A stretch of 64,000 nucleotides of DNA. Origin: Escherichia phage vB_EcoM_FB. Shown piece by piece: positions 41,944-51,506 of the stretch. Within the stretch, counting starts at the first letter, position 1; the number at the start of each line of letters is the position of its first letter. The notes beneath the pieces were generated by a model. That model saw nothing but the letters and a program-made list of their open reading frames with translations. It searched no databases and was not told the DNA's origin. The stretch lies in the sequence record MT682711.1, one strand, 5' to 3'. The position numbers were made by a program, and so were the translations under genes.

Positions 41944-43503
41944 ATGAAAAAGAATGCATTAGTTCAAAAATGGTCCGCTCTGCTGGAAAACGAAGCTCTT
42001 CCTGAAATCGTTGGTGCTTCTAAACAAGCTATCATCGCTAAAATTTTCGAAAACCAGGAACAAGACATCCTGACTGCCCCGGAATACCGTGATGAAAAAA
42101 TCTCTGAAGCATTTGGTTCTTTCCTGACCGAAGCTGAAATTGGTGGTGACCACGGTTATGATGCTACCAATATCGCAGCTGGCCAGACTTCTGGTGCTGT
42201 AACTCAGATTGGGCCGGCAGTAATGGGTATGGTTCGTCGTGCTATTCCTCATCTGATTGCTTTTGATATTTGTGGTGTTCAGCCTCTGAATAACCCTACC
42301 GGCCAGGTATTTGCCCTGCGCGCAGTTTATGGTAAAGACCCTGTCGCTGCTGGCGCTAAAGAAGCTTTCCACCCGATGTATTCTCCGGACTCTATGTTCT
42401 CTGGTCAGGGTGCTGCTGAATCTTTCGAAGCACTGGCTGCAAGCAAAGTTCTGGAAGTTGGTAAAATTTATTCTCACTTCTTCGAAGCTACCGGTGCTGC
42501 ACACTTCCAGGCTGTTGAAGCCGTAACCGTTGATGCTGCTGCTACCGATGCCGCTAAACTGGATGCTGCTGTTACCGCTTTGATTGAAGCTGGTAAGTTG
42601 GCTGAATTGGCTGAAGGTATGGCTACTTCTATCGCTGAACTTCAGGAAGGCTTTAACGGTTCTACCGATAACCCGTGGAACGAAATGGGCTTCCGCATCG
42701 ACAAACAAGTTATCGAAGCTAAATCCCGTCAGCTGAAAGCAAGCTACTCTATCGAACTGGCACAGGACCTTCGTGCAGTACACGGTATGGATGCAGATGC
42801 TGAACTGTCCGGTATCCTTGCTACCGAAATTATGCTCGAAATCAACCGTGAAGTTATCGATTGGATTAACTACTCTGCACAGGTTGGTAAATCTGGTATG
42901 ACCAACACCGTTGGCGCTAAAGCTGGTGTGTTTGACTTCCAGGACCCGATTGATATCCGTGGTGCTCGTTGGGCCGGTGAGAGCTTTAAAGCCCTTCTGT
43001 TCCAGATTGATAAAGAAGCAGCCGAAATCGCTCGTCAGACCGGTCGTGGTGCTGGTAACTTCATCATCGCTTCCCGTAACGTAGTTAACGTACTGGCTGC
43101 AGTTGATACTTCTGTAAGTTATGCAGCTCAAGGTCTGGGTCAAGGTTTCAACGTTGACACAACCAAAGCAGTATTTGCCGGTGTTCTTGGTGGTAAATAT
43201 CGCGTTTACATCGACCAGTATGCACGTTCCGATTACTTCACCATCGGTTATAAAGGCGCTAACGAAATGGACGCAGGTATCTACTATGCTCCGTACGTTG
43301 CACTGACCCCGCTGCGTGGTTCCGATCCGAAGAACTTCCAACCGGTAATGGGCTTCAAAACTCGTTACGGTATCGGTATCAACCCGTTCGCTGACCCTGC
43401 TGCTCAGGCTCCTACCAAACGTATCCAGAATGGTATGCCTGACATCGTTAACAGCCTTGGTCTGAATGGTTACTTCCGTCGCGTATATGTTAAAGGTATC
43501 TAA
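41944..43503 (+). CDS. 23: major capsid protein gp23
   Basis: 519 aa; near-identical long blocks to T4 gp23 as recalled (e.g. EIGGDHGY.ATNIAAGQTSGAVTQIGPAVMGMVRRAIP, C-terminal RRVYVKGI). Confidence 0.97.
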   Translation: MKKNALVQKWSALLENEALPEIVGASKQAIIAKIFENQEQDILTAPEYRDEKISEAFGSFLTEAEIGGDHGYDATNIAAGQTSGAVTQIGPAVMGMVRRAIPHLIAFDICGVQPLNNPTGQVFALRAVYGKDPVAAGAKEAFHPMYSPDSMFSGQGAAESFEALAASKVLEVGKIYSHFFEATGAAHFQAVEAVTVDAAATDAAKLDAAVTALIEAGKLAELAEGMATSIAELQEGFNGSTDNPWNEMGFRIDKQVIEAKSRQLKASYSIELAQDLRAVHGMDADAELSGILATEIMLEINREVIDWINYSAQVGKSGMTNTVGAKAGVFDFQDPIDIRGARWAGESFKALLFQIDKEAAEIARQTGRGAGNFIIASRNVVNVLAAVDTSVSYAAQGLGQGFNVDTTKAVFAGVLGGKYRVYIDQYARSDYFTIGYKGANEMDAGIYYAPYVALTPLRGSDPKNFQPVMGFKTRYGIGINPFADPAAQAPTKRIQNGMPDIVNSLGLNGYFRRVYVKGI

Positions 43504-43519
43504 GATATAACCTTATTAT

Positions 43520-43549
43520 GGGAGACTTCGGTCTCCCATTCTTGTTTCT
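43520..43549 (+). terminator. rho-independent terminator after gene 23
   Basis: GGGAGAC-TTCG-GTCTCCC followed by a T-rich tail. Confidence 0.6.
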
Positions 43550-43552
43550 GTA

Positions 43553-43819
43553 TTATGCAATCTTAACTCGGCGGTTGATGATATCACGGAAGTCAATACG
43601 ATTTTCTTGGATTTTCAGCCAGTTACCAGATTTGTCTTTGGTATGGGTAGAGTATTCACCGTTCCACCAGAAGTCGGTAGCATAAGCCATGGCTTCGTAT
43701 TTCTTAACTAAGGCATTCACTGCATTACCATTAGGATTGTTACCGAATTTTTCTACCAGAGCTTTGATGTCTTTATCAAGAGCGGAAAGAGTAGTACGAA
43801 TAAAGTTTAACTTGTTCAT
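43553..43819 (-). CDS. small hypothetical protein (88 aa) antisense to the late block
   Basis: ORF-track frame trimmed to ATG after GAGGAG in the conserved early leader; occupies the position segD holds in T4. Confidence 0.55.
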   Translation of the reverse strand: MNKLNFIRTTLSALDKDIKALVEKFGNNPNGNAVNALVKKYEAMAYATDFWWNGEYSTHTKDKSGNWLKIQENRIDFRDIINRRVKIA

Positions 43820-43848
43820 TTTTAATCTCCTCATGTTTTGATAGGTCT

Positions 43849-43878
43849 ATAGTAACATGTGAGAATCTTGCTGTAAAC
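43849..43878 (-). promoter_or_regulatory. T4-type early promoter with conserved leader
   Basis: minus strand GTTTAC-18bp-TACTAT then AGACCTATCAAAACA. Confidence 0.5.
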
Positions 43879-43884
43879 AACTTT

Positions 43885-43892
43885 TATAAATA
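43885..43892 (+). promoter_or_regulatory. late promoter TATAAATA upstream of gene 24
   Basis: exact consensus 28 nt before the ATG. Confidence 0.6.
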
Positions 43893-43920
43893 AACATATA
43901 CCCTCAATAAGGAAAGCGCA

Positions 43921-45204
43921 ATGGCAAAGATTAACGAATTACTGCGCGAGTCAACAACTACTTCCAGCAACTCATTGGGTCGCCCTAATCTTGTTGCTTT
44001 GACCCGTGCTACAACCAAATTGATTTACCGTGATATTATCGCCGAACAACGTACTAGCCAGCCTATTGCTGCACTGTATGGTGTCAAATATCTTACCCCT
44101 GATAATGAATTTAGTTTCCAGACAGGTGCCTCTTATGGTGGTGAAGTTGGTTCTAAAGACCGTGAAACTATCCCAGAACTCACAGATAAGGCCCAGGCGA
44201 TTGCTCAGGGTGAATATTTCAAGTACCAGAATGTGGTTTATAAGGCTCTTAAAGCAAGCCCACTCGCGTCCACTAGCGCCACAGAATTGGCTGATGCTCT
44301 TCAAGAAGGTTTAGTGTCATTAACATGTCGTCTGGTTCCTGATGCTGCCCATACCACTAAATTTGAAGCGAGTGATGTAGAAATCTCTGATGCTGTATTC
44401 CAGGTTAATAAATGGAATGCTCCGGTTAAGACCCGTAAATTGAAGACGGCTTTGACTGTAGAATTAGCGCAGGATATGGAATCAAATGGCTTTGACGCGC
44501 CGGCGTTCTTAGAAGACCTCTTGGCTACAGTAATGGCAGATGAAATTAATAAAGACGTTCTGCAATCTCTAATAACCGTATCCAAACGTTATAAAGTTAC
44601 TGGTGTATCTGATAACGGCATCATCGATTTGTCTTATGACAGTGCTCCTGAATCTGCACGTAAACTTTATGAACTCGTTTGTGAGATGAATTCTGAAATC
44701 CAGAAAACTACTTCTTATTCTGGCACGTTTGTTGTGGCTTCAAGTCGTGTGGCTGCAATGCTTGCAGGTTCTGGCTGGTTAAAACATAAACCCGAAGATA
44801 ATAATTGGCTTCCGGAAACTGCATACGGATATTTGTTGAATGGTCTGCCTCTGTTTTGTGACGTTAACAGTCCATTAGATTATGTTACCGTTGGTGTTAA
44901 AGAGAATTACGGCGGTAATGAAGTTGTCGGTTCTATTTTCTACGCTCCCTATACCGAAGGCTTAGATTTAGATGACCAAGAACACGTCGGTGCTTATAAG
45001 GTTATTGTTGACCCGGATTCATTACAACCTTCTATTTCTCTGATGGTTCGTTATGCACTATCAGCTAACCCGTACACCGTGGCTAAAGACGATAAAGAAG
45101 CTCGTGTTATCGATGCAACCAATATGGATTTAATGGCTGGACAGAGCAATATGTCTTATCTGGTTGGCGTTAAACTTCCGGCAATTATTTACGAGGCTGA
45201 TTAA
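43921..45204 (+). CDS. 24: capsid vertex protein gp24
   Basis: 427 aa, same length as T4 gp24; N-terminus MAKINELLRESTTT and ELAQD/INKDVLQSLITVSKRYKVTG blocks. Confidence 0.9.
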   Translation: MAKINELLRESTTTSSNSLGRPNLVALTRATTKLIYRDIIAEQRTSQPIAALYGVKYLTPDNEFSFQTGASYGGEVGSKDRETIPELTDKAQAIAQGEYFKYQNVVYKALKASPLASTSATELADALQEGLVSLTCRLVPDAAHTTKFEASDVEISDAVFQVNKWNAPVKTRKLKTALTVELAQDMESNGFDAPAFLEDLLATVMADEINKDVLQSLITVSKRYKVTGVSDNGIIDLSYDSAPESARKLYELVCEMNSEIQKTTSYSGTFVVASSRVAAMLAGSGWLKHKPEDNNWLPETAYGYLLNGLPLFCDVNSPLDYVTVGVKENYGGNEVVGSIFYAPYTEGLDLDDQEHVGAYKVIVDPDSLQPSISLMVRYALSANPYTVAKDDKEARVIDATNMDLMAGQSNMSYLVGVKLPAIIYEAD

Positions 45205-46484
45205 TGTCTAAGATTGTAGACCTAATTAAAGAATCCACATTGACGGCTGCCAGCTCGGTTGGCCGTCCTGCTCTTCTTTCATACACCCAAGCAACTAATA
45301 AACGAATCTTTAAAGCCCTAGTTGCTGAACAAAAAACAAATCAACCGGTTGCTGCTCTGTATGGGGTACGTGTACTGAATCCTGACGACAAAATGACTTA
45401 TCTTGGTGGAGCAACATTTGCGGGCCAGATTGGTATGACGGAACGTGAAAATATTCCAGAATTTACTGATTCATCTACAGCTTATGCGGTCGGTGATATG
45501 TTCCAGTTTGAAAGCGTAGTGTTTAAAGTTCTAGAAGCATCTCCTTTCGCCGGAACCACAGAAACCAACCTCAGCGAAGTTATTTCTGAAGCAGTGGCAG
45601 CCGGCCATATCCGTATGGTGTCGGATGCTGCTATTACTTCTAAATTTGAACAAGGCCATCCTGAAATTGCTGAAACCGGATTCCGTATCGACAAATGGCA
45701 ATCTGAAGTTAAATCACGTAAACTGAAAACTTCATTGACAGTCGAATTAGCCCAAGACCTAGAATCTAACGGGTTTAATGCTCCTAATTTCGTTGAAAAT
45801 CTGCTAGGCATTCAAATGGCAGAAGAAATTAATAAGGATGTATTACAGTCATTAATTACCGTGAGCTCTCGTTTTAAAGTCCAGGGTGTTTCTGAAAAGG
45901 GTGTATTAGACCTTACCAACCCTCGCTACGATAATGCCCAGGACCGTGCTCGCACATTATATTATTATATGTGTGAGATGAACTCTGCCGTCCAACGACA
46001 GACTTCTTTTGCCGGGACTTATGCAGTAGCTAGTTCTCGTTGTGCTGCTATTCTCGCCGCCTCTGGTTGGGTTGAGAAAAAGGAAGACCAGGACGAATTG
46101 GCTTATGGTATATTAAAGAATGGCCTACCACTTTATGCTGATATGAATAGTCTATGTGATTATGTTATTGTTGGTGTAAATGCCCAGATGGGTGAAGGAC
46201 AGACGGTCGCATCTTTATATTATGCGCCTTATACGGAAGGTTTGAATGTGGTTGACGAAGAAGGTGATACTTCAGTTGGTGAATTTAAGGTTATTGTTGA
46301 CCCGGAAAGCTTACAACCTACAGTAGCATTGCTTGCTCGTTATGCATTGACTGCAAACCCTTATACCGTCGCTAAGGACGATAAAGAAGCCCGCATTATT
46401 GATGGTTCTGATATGGACAAAATGGCTAATCAAAGTCAATTGAGTTCTTATCTCGGCGTAAAATTACCGCCTTTAGAAAAATAA
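45204..46484 (+). CDS. second gp24-like capsid vertex protein (diverged paralog)
   Basis: 426 aa collinear with the gene at 43921-45204 over its whole length, roughly half identical by eye. Confidence 0.8.
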   Translation: MSKIVDLIKESTLTAASSVGRPALLSYTQATNKRIFKALVAEQKTNQPVAALYGVRVLNPDDKMTYLGGATFAGQIGMTERENIPEFTDSSTAYAVGDMFQFESVVFKVLEASPFAGTTETNLSEVISEAVAAGHIRMVSDAAITSKFEQGHPEIAETGFRIDKWQSEVKSRKLKTSLTVELAQDLESNGFNAPNFVENLLGIQMAEEINKDVLQSLITVSSRFKVQGVSEKGVLDLTNPRYDNAQDRARTLYYYMCEMNSAVQRQTSFAGTYAVASSRCAAILAASGWVEKKEDQDELAYGILKNGLPLYADMNSLCDYVIVGVNAQMGEGQTVASLYYAPYTEGLNVVDEEGDTSVGEFKVIVDPESLQPTVALLARYALTANPYTVAKDDKEARIIDGSDMDKMANQSQLSSYLGVKLPPLEK

Positions 46485-46510
46485 AAGGGACCTTACGGTC
46501 CCTTTATCGT
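46484..46510. terminator. bidirectional terminator between gp24 paralog and rnlB
   Basis: AAAAGGGACC-TTAC-GGTCCCTTTAT with A/T runs on both sides. Confidence 0.65.
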
Positions 46511-47518
46511 TTATTTGGATACTAGTTCAACCCATACATGTCTTAATGTTTCTTTTACGCACTCAACGAGCTGCTTTTTAACTTCAACGGGATTTTCCGC
46601 ATCAGTTAATTCCAATTCTTCACGGGCGGCTTCTTCAAGGATATCCTGGACTGTCAAGCCCATCACCTTTCCGAAATCCTTCGGCGATACTTCGCCAATC
46701 TTACTGATGACATTGTTAATGCGGTTAACAGTCACATAATCGGTGAATTGCCACATCAAATCCATATCGTCTTGGGACAATACCACTGCAACTTTAATAG
46801 GCTTATCAGACTTTTTCTTCTCGCTGAATTTAGAGTTCTTACATTTAATCGCCACACGATTTCCGTTTGGAAGCCAGGTAGGAACATCAGGTTTCAATAC
46901 AAAGCCTTCAGCCGTGAATACCTTACCTTCTACCTTAGGAATAAAATCGGTTGAGTTTGCAATAGTTAAGCCTGCGTTATCCACTGCAAAATTATAATCA
47001 GGAACAACTGAATCAAAATCATTAGGAAGTTTAATAAGGTCTTCAAAGCTACCAGTGGCCAGACATGGAGCTACCTTAAACTTATGGATAATACAGAAGG
47101 CTTCCATCAATGTATCGGTTAGAACAGATTCTGAGCCATCTTCTTTAGTAACTCGGATATCGAACACATAAAAGTCTTTATCGCCGTAGTCCACATTCTT
47201 CTGGATGCCTGTCCCAGCGAATTCGCCATAAATCTGGTATGACTGATAATTAATCGATTCAATTAGATGTTGAACTGATTTAATAGAATCAGCGTAGTTC
47301 TTAAGTACAATTTCATAACCATAGAAATCTTCAGCAGGGAGGATAGGGCCAGTGCGCTTGGCGCATGTGACTGCGTCACGTTCTATGATTAAACTAAAGT
47401 TGGTTCCATGAATCTTCTCACGTGCTACCCATTCACCACCAGTCAAACCGTTAGTACGGAGTTTTTCGATAAACTTACTGTTGTAGTGGTTTTCGAGACT
47501 GCTATATTTCTTGAACAT
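46511..47518 (-). CDS. rnlB: RNA ligase 2
   Basis: 335 aa (T4 Rnl2 334); ligase motif I REKIHGTN; T4 position after gene 24. Confidence 0.85.
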   Translation of the reverse strand: MFKKYSSLENHYNSKFIEKLRTNGLTGGEWVAREKIHGTNFSLIIERDAVTCAKRTGPILPAEDFYGYEIVLKNYADSIKSVQHLIESINYQSYQIYGEFAGTGIQKNVDYGDKDFYVFDIRVTKEDGSESVLTDTLMEAFCIIHKFKVAPCLATGSFEDLIKLPNDFDSVVPDYNFAVDNAGLTIANSTDFIPKVEGKVFTAEGFVLKPDVPTWLPNGNRVAIKCKNSKFSEKKKSDKPIKVAVVLSQDDMDLMWQFTDYVTVNRINNVISKIGEVSPKDFGKVMGLTVQDILEEAAREELELTDAENPVEVKKQLVECVKETLRHVWVELVSK

Positions 47519-47632
47519 AAATCACCATAATAAATATAATTAAATAGAAGAGCTAGTAGTCTTCTGTCACCAAGCCAAATGGGTTAACGGAAGGACCTAG
47601 ACCCATTATATCACACCTAAATTTAAAGCATA

Positions 47633-47842
47633 TTACTTTGAACTAGAACGCGCTTTGCGCCGAACCTTGTTGTTCAATCTTTTACGATAAACAACCTTTT
47701 CTTTCGCTTTAAATTTGGCCTTGGCTTGTTCTACATCAACCCATGCTTTGGCCATGTCCTTAGCGGTCCCGCCCATTTTTTTAGCAATTTCTATAAAATT
47801 CAACCCAGATTCGTGTAAAAAATGTACTTTAACCTTATCCAT
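47633..47842 (-). CDS. small helix-turn-helix-like basic protein
   Basis: ORF-track frame trimmed to Met14 (GAGAGAA RBS); HTH-like GLNFIEIAKKMGGTAKDMAKAW; Lys/Arg-rich tail. Confidence 0.45.
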   Translation of the reverse strand: MDKVKVHFLHESGLNFIEIAKKMGGTAKDMAKAWVDVEQAKAKFKAKEKVVYRKRLNNKVRRKARSSSK

Positions 47843-47920
47843 AACAATTCTCTCGTTGAGTTGGTAAACCCATCTTAACATAGAATTTTTAACTTGTAAA
47901 CAGGAATTTTGTACTTTAAT

Positions 47921-47943
47921 GCAAAATGGGCCTTGCGGCCCAT
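47921..47943 (-). terminator. rho-independent terminator (minus sense) after hoc
   Basis: ATGGGCC-TTGC-GGCCCAT followed on the minus strand by TTTTGC. Confidence 0.55.
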
Positions 47944-47945
47944 TA

Positions 47946-48794
47946 TTAATAAATGTAATCGTATATAATACCAGCTTCTAAAGCGGTGCGATGAATAATT
48001 CGACCGTTACGAGATTCTTGTACATCAACCTCTGAATAGTCGGTAATCATTTTTTGAAGTGTATATCGGTGCAAATAATACGGGCTATCCGGGTCATCTG
48101 TTTTCCAGTCTTTGCCTTCAAGAGTCATTTTCTGGATTTCATCCATAACCCACCAACCAACCCAAATATATGCTGAATTACGAACAGGGAGTGGATGAAC
48201 GTAAGGTAATTCGCCATCCGGAACCGGTGCGACTTTAGCCGTGACTGTTACATTACCGGTTTTTGTGACAGTCGCCGGGTTATAATCAGTCGCCGAAACC
48301 GCAACAGAAACTTCAATAACCTGTGAACCTTCAGTGCTTGTATCGATTGCTAGAGTATCCGTGGTGCCAACTACAGGAGAACCGTCTTTCTTCCAAGAAT
48401 AGGCAAAAGTAGCACCAGCAGGAGCGCCGACCACATCCGCTTTAAAAGAAGCTGGAGTGCCTTCCGGAACATTAATCGAAGCTGGGGTTAATGTCACAGA
48501 AACACCGGAAATGGTTTTATTCTGGATAGTTAAAGTTGTTTCGGCTTCAGCTGTTTCTGGTTCGCCGTCCGCCGGTGTAGTTGTTGCAACAACTTTAATA
48601 GTCTTGCTGCCTGCCGGGCCAACAGCAACATAATCCATTGCAGCAGTCACAGAAGATTGAGGAACGCCATCAACGGTCCAGACAAATGATTCGGTACCTT
48701 CAGCTGCAGCACCGGAACCGGTCGCAGTGAAATTGGTTGTTGCTCCAATAACGGCCGTAGCCGCCAAAGGAGCCATATCTACGGTATAAGCCAT
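47946..48794 (-). CDS. hoc: head outer capsid protein Hoc (short form)
   Basis: Ig-like beta-rich repeats and position between rnlB and inh; 282 aa versus 376 in T4. Confidence 0.65.
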   Translation of the reverse strand: MAYTVDMAPLAATAVIGATTNFTATGSGAAAEGTESFVWTVDGVPQSSVTAAMDYVAVGPAGSKTIKVVATTTPADGEPETAEAETTLTIQNKTISGVSVTLTPASINVPEGTPASFKADVVGAPAGATFAYSWKKDGSPVVGTTDTLAIDTSTEGSQVIEVSVAVSATDYNPATVTKTGNVTVTAKVAPVPDGELPYVHPLPVRNSAYIWVGWWVMDEIQKMTLEGKDWKTDDPDSPYYLHRYTLQKMITDYSEVDVQESRNGRIIHRTALEAGIIYDYIY

Positions 48795-48803
48795 AATAAA
48801 CCC

Positions 48804-49475
48804 TTATTTTAAAGTGACAAAAGATGAGTTACGAGTTTCACGTACTAATACTGAACCATTACGATTAATGTAATAAATCAGACTAAATAATGTTTGGTGG
48901 GCAGAAGGATGTTGGAAAGCAGTTGGACGTTCTTTCCAATCCGGAGTCTCAGAAATCCATTGGTAAATCCACCAAGGAACGGTGCAATAACCTGGGTTCT
49001 TACCGATAAGCAAAAGATTAGGACTGAAGTTTTCAGGTAAAGAGAATACAGGTTTTTCAGATTCAACAACCTTGGCTATAGCCCCTTTGAATTTCTCTTC
49101 GTCAAATGGAACATCCTCTTCGATAATCTCTACCTTAGGAAGTTCGGCTACCTCAACGACTTCTACTGCAGCCTCAGGGGCATCGAACAACAGGGTGGCT
49201 TCTTCTTTAGCTGGTTCAGCACCATCAACAAATTCGTTAGCACCTGTAAGTTCGTCGGCAGCATCAATCAAATCAGAAATGGACAACCCTTCGGTTTCTG
49301 GAAGTGGTTCGTCAGCCAAGGCTTTAAAGCCTTCAGAGATATCGATAATCAAATTATCAAACGAACGGGTTTTCTTAAGTTTTAAACCGAACTGTTCGCC
49401 GTATTCGATTAACTTAGCTTTAGCTTCTTTTTTATCTTCGAGTGCACGAAGCTCTTCAATATATTGAGTATCCAT
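48804..49475 (-). CDS. inh: Inh-like prohead protease inhibitor
   Basis: 223 aa (T4 Inh 226) between hoc and uvsW; acidic N-terminal half. Confidence 0.6.
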   Translation of the reverse strand: MDTQYIEELRALEDKKEAKAKLIEYGEQFGLKLKKTRSFDNLIIDISEGFKALADEPLPETEGLSISDLIDAADELTGANEFVDGAEPAKEEATLLFDAPEAAVEVVEVAELPKVEIIEEDVPFDEEKFKGAIAKVVESEKPVFSLPENFSPNLLLIGKNPGYCTVPWWIYQWISETPDWKERPTAFQHPSAHQTLFSLIYYINRNGSVLVRETRNSSFVTLK

Positions 49476-49494
49476 AATTAGTCTCTTGTTGGTG

Positions 49495-49502
49495 TATAAA
49501 TA
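49495..49502 (+). promoter_or_regulatory. late promoter TATAAATA upstream of uvsW
   Basis: exact consensus 28 nt before the ATG. Confidence 0.55.
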
Positions 49503-49530
49503 TAACTATATTTATAACTGAGAATTACTT

Positions 49531-51027
49531 ATGCAAATTCAAGTACATTTTGATAATTTTAGTCATGTCCGTATTGAATGCGATGAATCTACATTCTACG
49601 AACTCAGAGACTATTTTAGCTTTGAAGCTGATGGATATAAATTCAACCCTAAATTTCGTTATGGCCAATGGGACGGACGTATTCGCCTTCTGGATTACAA
49701 CCGTAAACTTCCTTATGGATTGGTCCCTCAAATTAAAAAGTTCGCTGAACAATTTGAATACTCTCTGTGGATTGACCCACGTATTCTTGAACAGGAAGAT
49801 ATTTCTCGTGAAGATTTTGATTCATGGGTGGCTTCTCAAGAAATTTATTCAGGGTCTACCAAGATTGAGCCTCATTGGTATCAGAATGAAGCCGTATACA
49901 ACGGCCTGACAAAACGTCGCGCAATTCTGAATTTACCTACATCTGCAGGTAAATCATTAATCCAGGCACTCCTGAGTCGATATTACGTTGAGAACTATGA
50001 AGGTAAAATCCTCATCTTAGTTCCTACTACTGCACTTGTCGACCAGATGATTAACGACTTCATCGATTATCGTCTGTTCCCTAAAGCCGCAATGCTTGGT
50101 ATTCGTTCAGGTACTGCTCGTGATTCCGATGCAATGATTTATGTTTCAACTTATCAAACCGCTATCAAGCAACCTAAAGAATGGTTTGCTCAGTTCGGTA
50201 TGTTTATGAACGACGAATGCCATTTGGCTACAGGTAAATCTATTTCTACTATCATCGAAGGCCTAACCAACTGTATGTTTAAATTCGGTTTGTCGGGTTC
50301 TTTAAAAGATGGTAAAGCTAATTTAATGCAATATATGGGCCTGTTTGGTGATGTGTTTAAGCCAGTATCCACCTCCCAATTAATGGAAGAAGGACAGGTT
50401 ACTGACCTTAAAATCAACAGTATTTTCCTTCGATACCCTGATGAATTCACCGTTAAGATGAAAGGTAAAGATTACCAATCAGAAATTAAAGTCATTACTA
50501 AGGCTACCCGTCGTAATAAATGGGTTGCTAATTTAGCTGTTAAGCTCGCTAAGAAAGAAGAGAACGTATTCTTGATGTTTAAAAACATCGAGCACGGTAA
50601 AACTCTTTTTGAAATGGTCAAAGAGCAGCATAAAGAAGTTTATTACGTATCAGGCGAAGTTAATACAGAAACTCGTAATGCTCTTAAGTTAATGGCGGAA
50701 AACGGTAAGGGTATTATTGTTGTGGCAAGTTATGGGGTATTTTCTACAGGTATTTCTGTTAAGAATCTCCATCACGTAGTATTTGCCCATCCTGTAAAAT
50801 CTAAAATTATTGTGCTGCAAACCATCGGTCGTGTACTTCGTAAACATGCATCCAAGACCACCGCGCAGGTTTGGGATATTATAGACGACATGGGCGTTAA
50901 GCCTAAATCAGCAAATGCCAAAAAGAAGTATGTTCATTTGAATTATGCATTAAAACATGCCTTAGAACGTATTCAACGTTATGCTGACGAAAAATTTAAT
51001 TACGTAATGAAACAGGTGGATTTATGA
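49531..51027 (+). CDS. uvsW: UvsW DNA/RNA helicase
   Basis: near-identity to T4 UvsW blocks (ILNLPTSAGKS Walker A, MNDECHLATGKSIS, VASYGVFSTGISVKNLHHVV). Confidence 0.95.
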   Translation: MQIQVHFDNFSHVRIECDESTFYELRDYFSFEADGYKFNPKFRYGQWDGRIRLLDYNRKLPYGLVPQIKKFAEQFEYSLWIDPRILEQEDISREDFDSWVASQEIYSGSTKIEPHWYQNEAVYNGLTKRRAILNLPTSAGKSLIQALLSRYYVENYEGKILILVPTTALVDQMINDFIDYRLFPKAAMLGIRSGTARDSDAMIYVSTYQTAIKQPKEWFAQFGMFMNDECHLATGKSISTIIEGLTNCMFKFGLSGSLKDGKANLMQYMGLFGDVFKPVSTSQLMEEGQVTDLKINSIFLRYPDEFTVKMKGKDYQSEIKVITKATRRNKWVANLAVKLAKKEENVFLMFKNIEHGKTLFEMVKEQHKEVYYVSGEVNTETRNALKLMAENGKGIIVVASYGVFSTGISVKNLHHVVFAHPVKSKIIVLQTIGRVLRKHASKTTAQVWDIIDDMGVKPKSANAKKKYVHLNYALKHALERIQRYADEKFNYVMKQVDL

Positions 51028-51251
51028 AGTCCTTTAAAGAAGTTATCTATGAAGCCTCTATCGAGAGCTTCATGTCTAAAATTAGTTCTTGTCAAACCAT
51101 GGACGGTTTGGAGGAATTGGAGAAGTATTACAAAACCCGAAGTAAAGAAGCCGAACTTCGTGATTCGGATGATATCAGTGTCCGTGATGCCCTAGCAGGT
51201 AAACGAACTGAATTAGAATCTATGGATGATGAAGAAGAGGAAGATTTCTAA
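51024..51251 (+). CDS. uvsW.1: UvsW.1 small acidic protein
   Basis: 75 aa overlapping uvsW stop; acidic C-terminus DDEEEEDF. Confidence 0.8.
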   Translation: MKSFKEVIYEASIESFMSKISSCQTMDGLEELEKYYKTRSKEAELRDSDDISVRDALAGKRTELESMDDEEEEDF

Positions 51252-51252
51252 A

Positions 51253-51281
51253 CAAAAAAGGCCCAACCTTTCGGAAGGGCC
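51253..51281 (-). terminator. rho-independent terminator (minus sense), repeat of 6071-6099
   Basis: 29-nt exact copy CAAAAAAGGCCCAACCTTTCGGAAGGGCC. Confidence 0.55.
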
Positions 51282-51310
51282 AATAACCATAAATGGCTAT
51301 ACACACTAGA

Positions 51311-51478
51311 CTAAAGTAGTAATTGGGTTTCGTTCAGCTGTTCTTCAGTGTTTTCCGTAACCGGCAAGCTTTGAACGTAATTATAGCATGAGCCCGGATG
51401 AACAGGACCTTTTTCTGTTTCAACAACCAATGCAGCATCGATTGGAGTTTTACAGACAACGCAAATCTTATCTGACAT
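51311..51478 (-). CDS. small Cys-containing protein (55 aa), not in ORF track
   Basis: strong RBS AAGGAGA 5 nt before ATG; hand-translated MSDKICVVCKTPID...GSCYNYV; below the 60-aa track threshold. Confidence 0.5.
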   Translation of the reverse strand: MSDKICVVCKTPIDAALVVETEKGPVHPGSCYNYVQSLPVTENTEEQLNETQLLL

Positions 51479-51506
51479 GATTGTCTCCTTAGTTTATCTT
51501 ACATAT

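Noticed and set aside
41959-43341. 460-aa ORF on the minus strand
   Set aside because: Entirely antisense to the major capsid gene 23; product is Phe/Ser/Thr/Cys-rich with no RBS; stop-codon-free antisense frame is an artefact of the sense-strand codon bias
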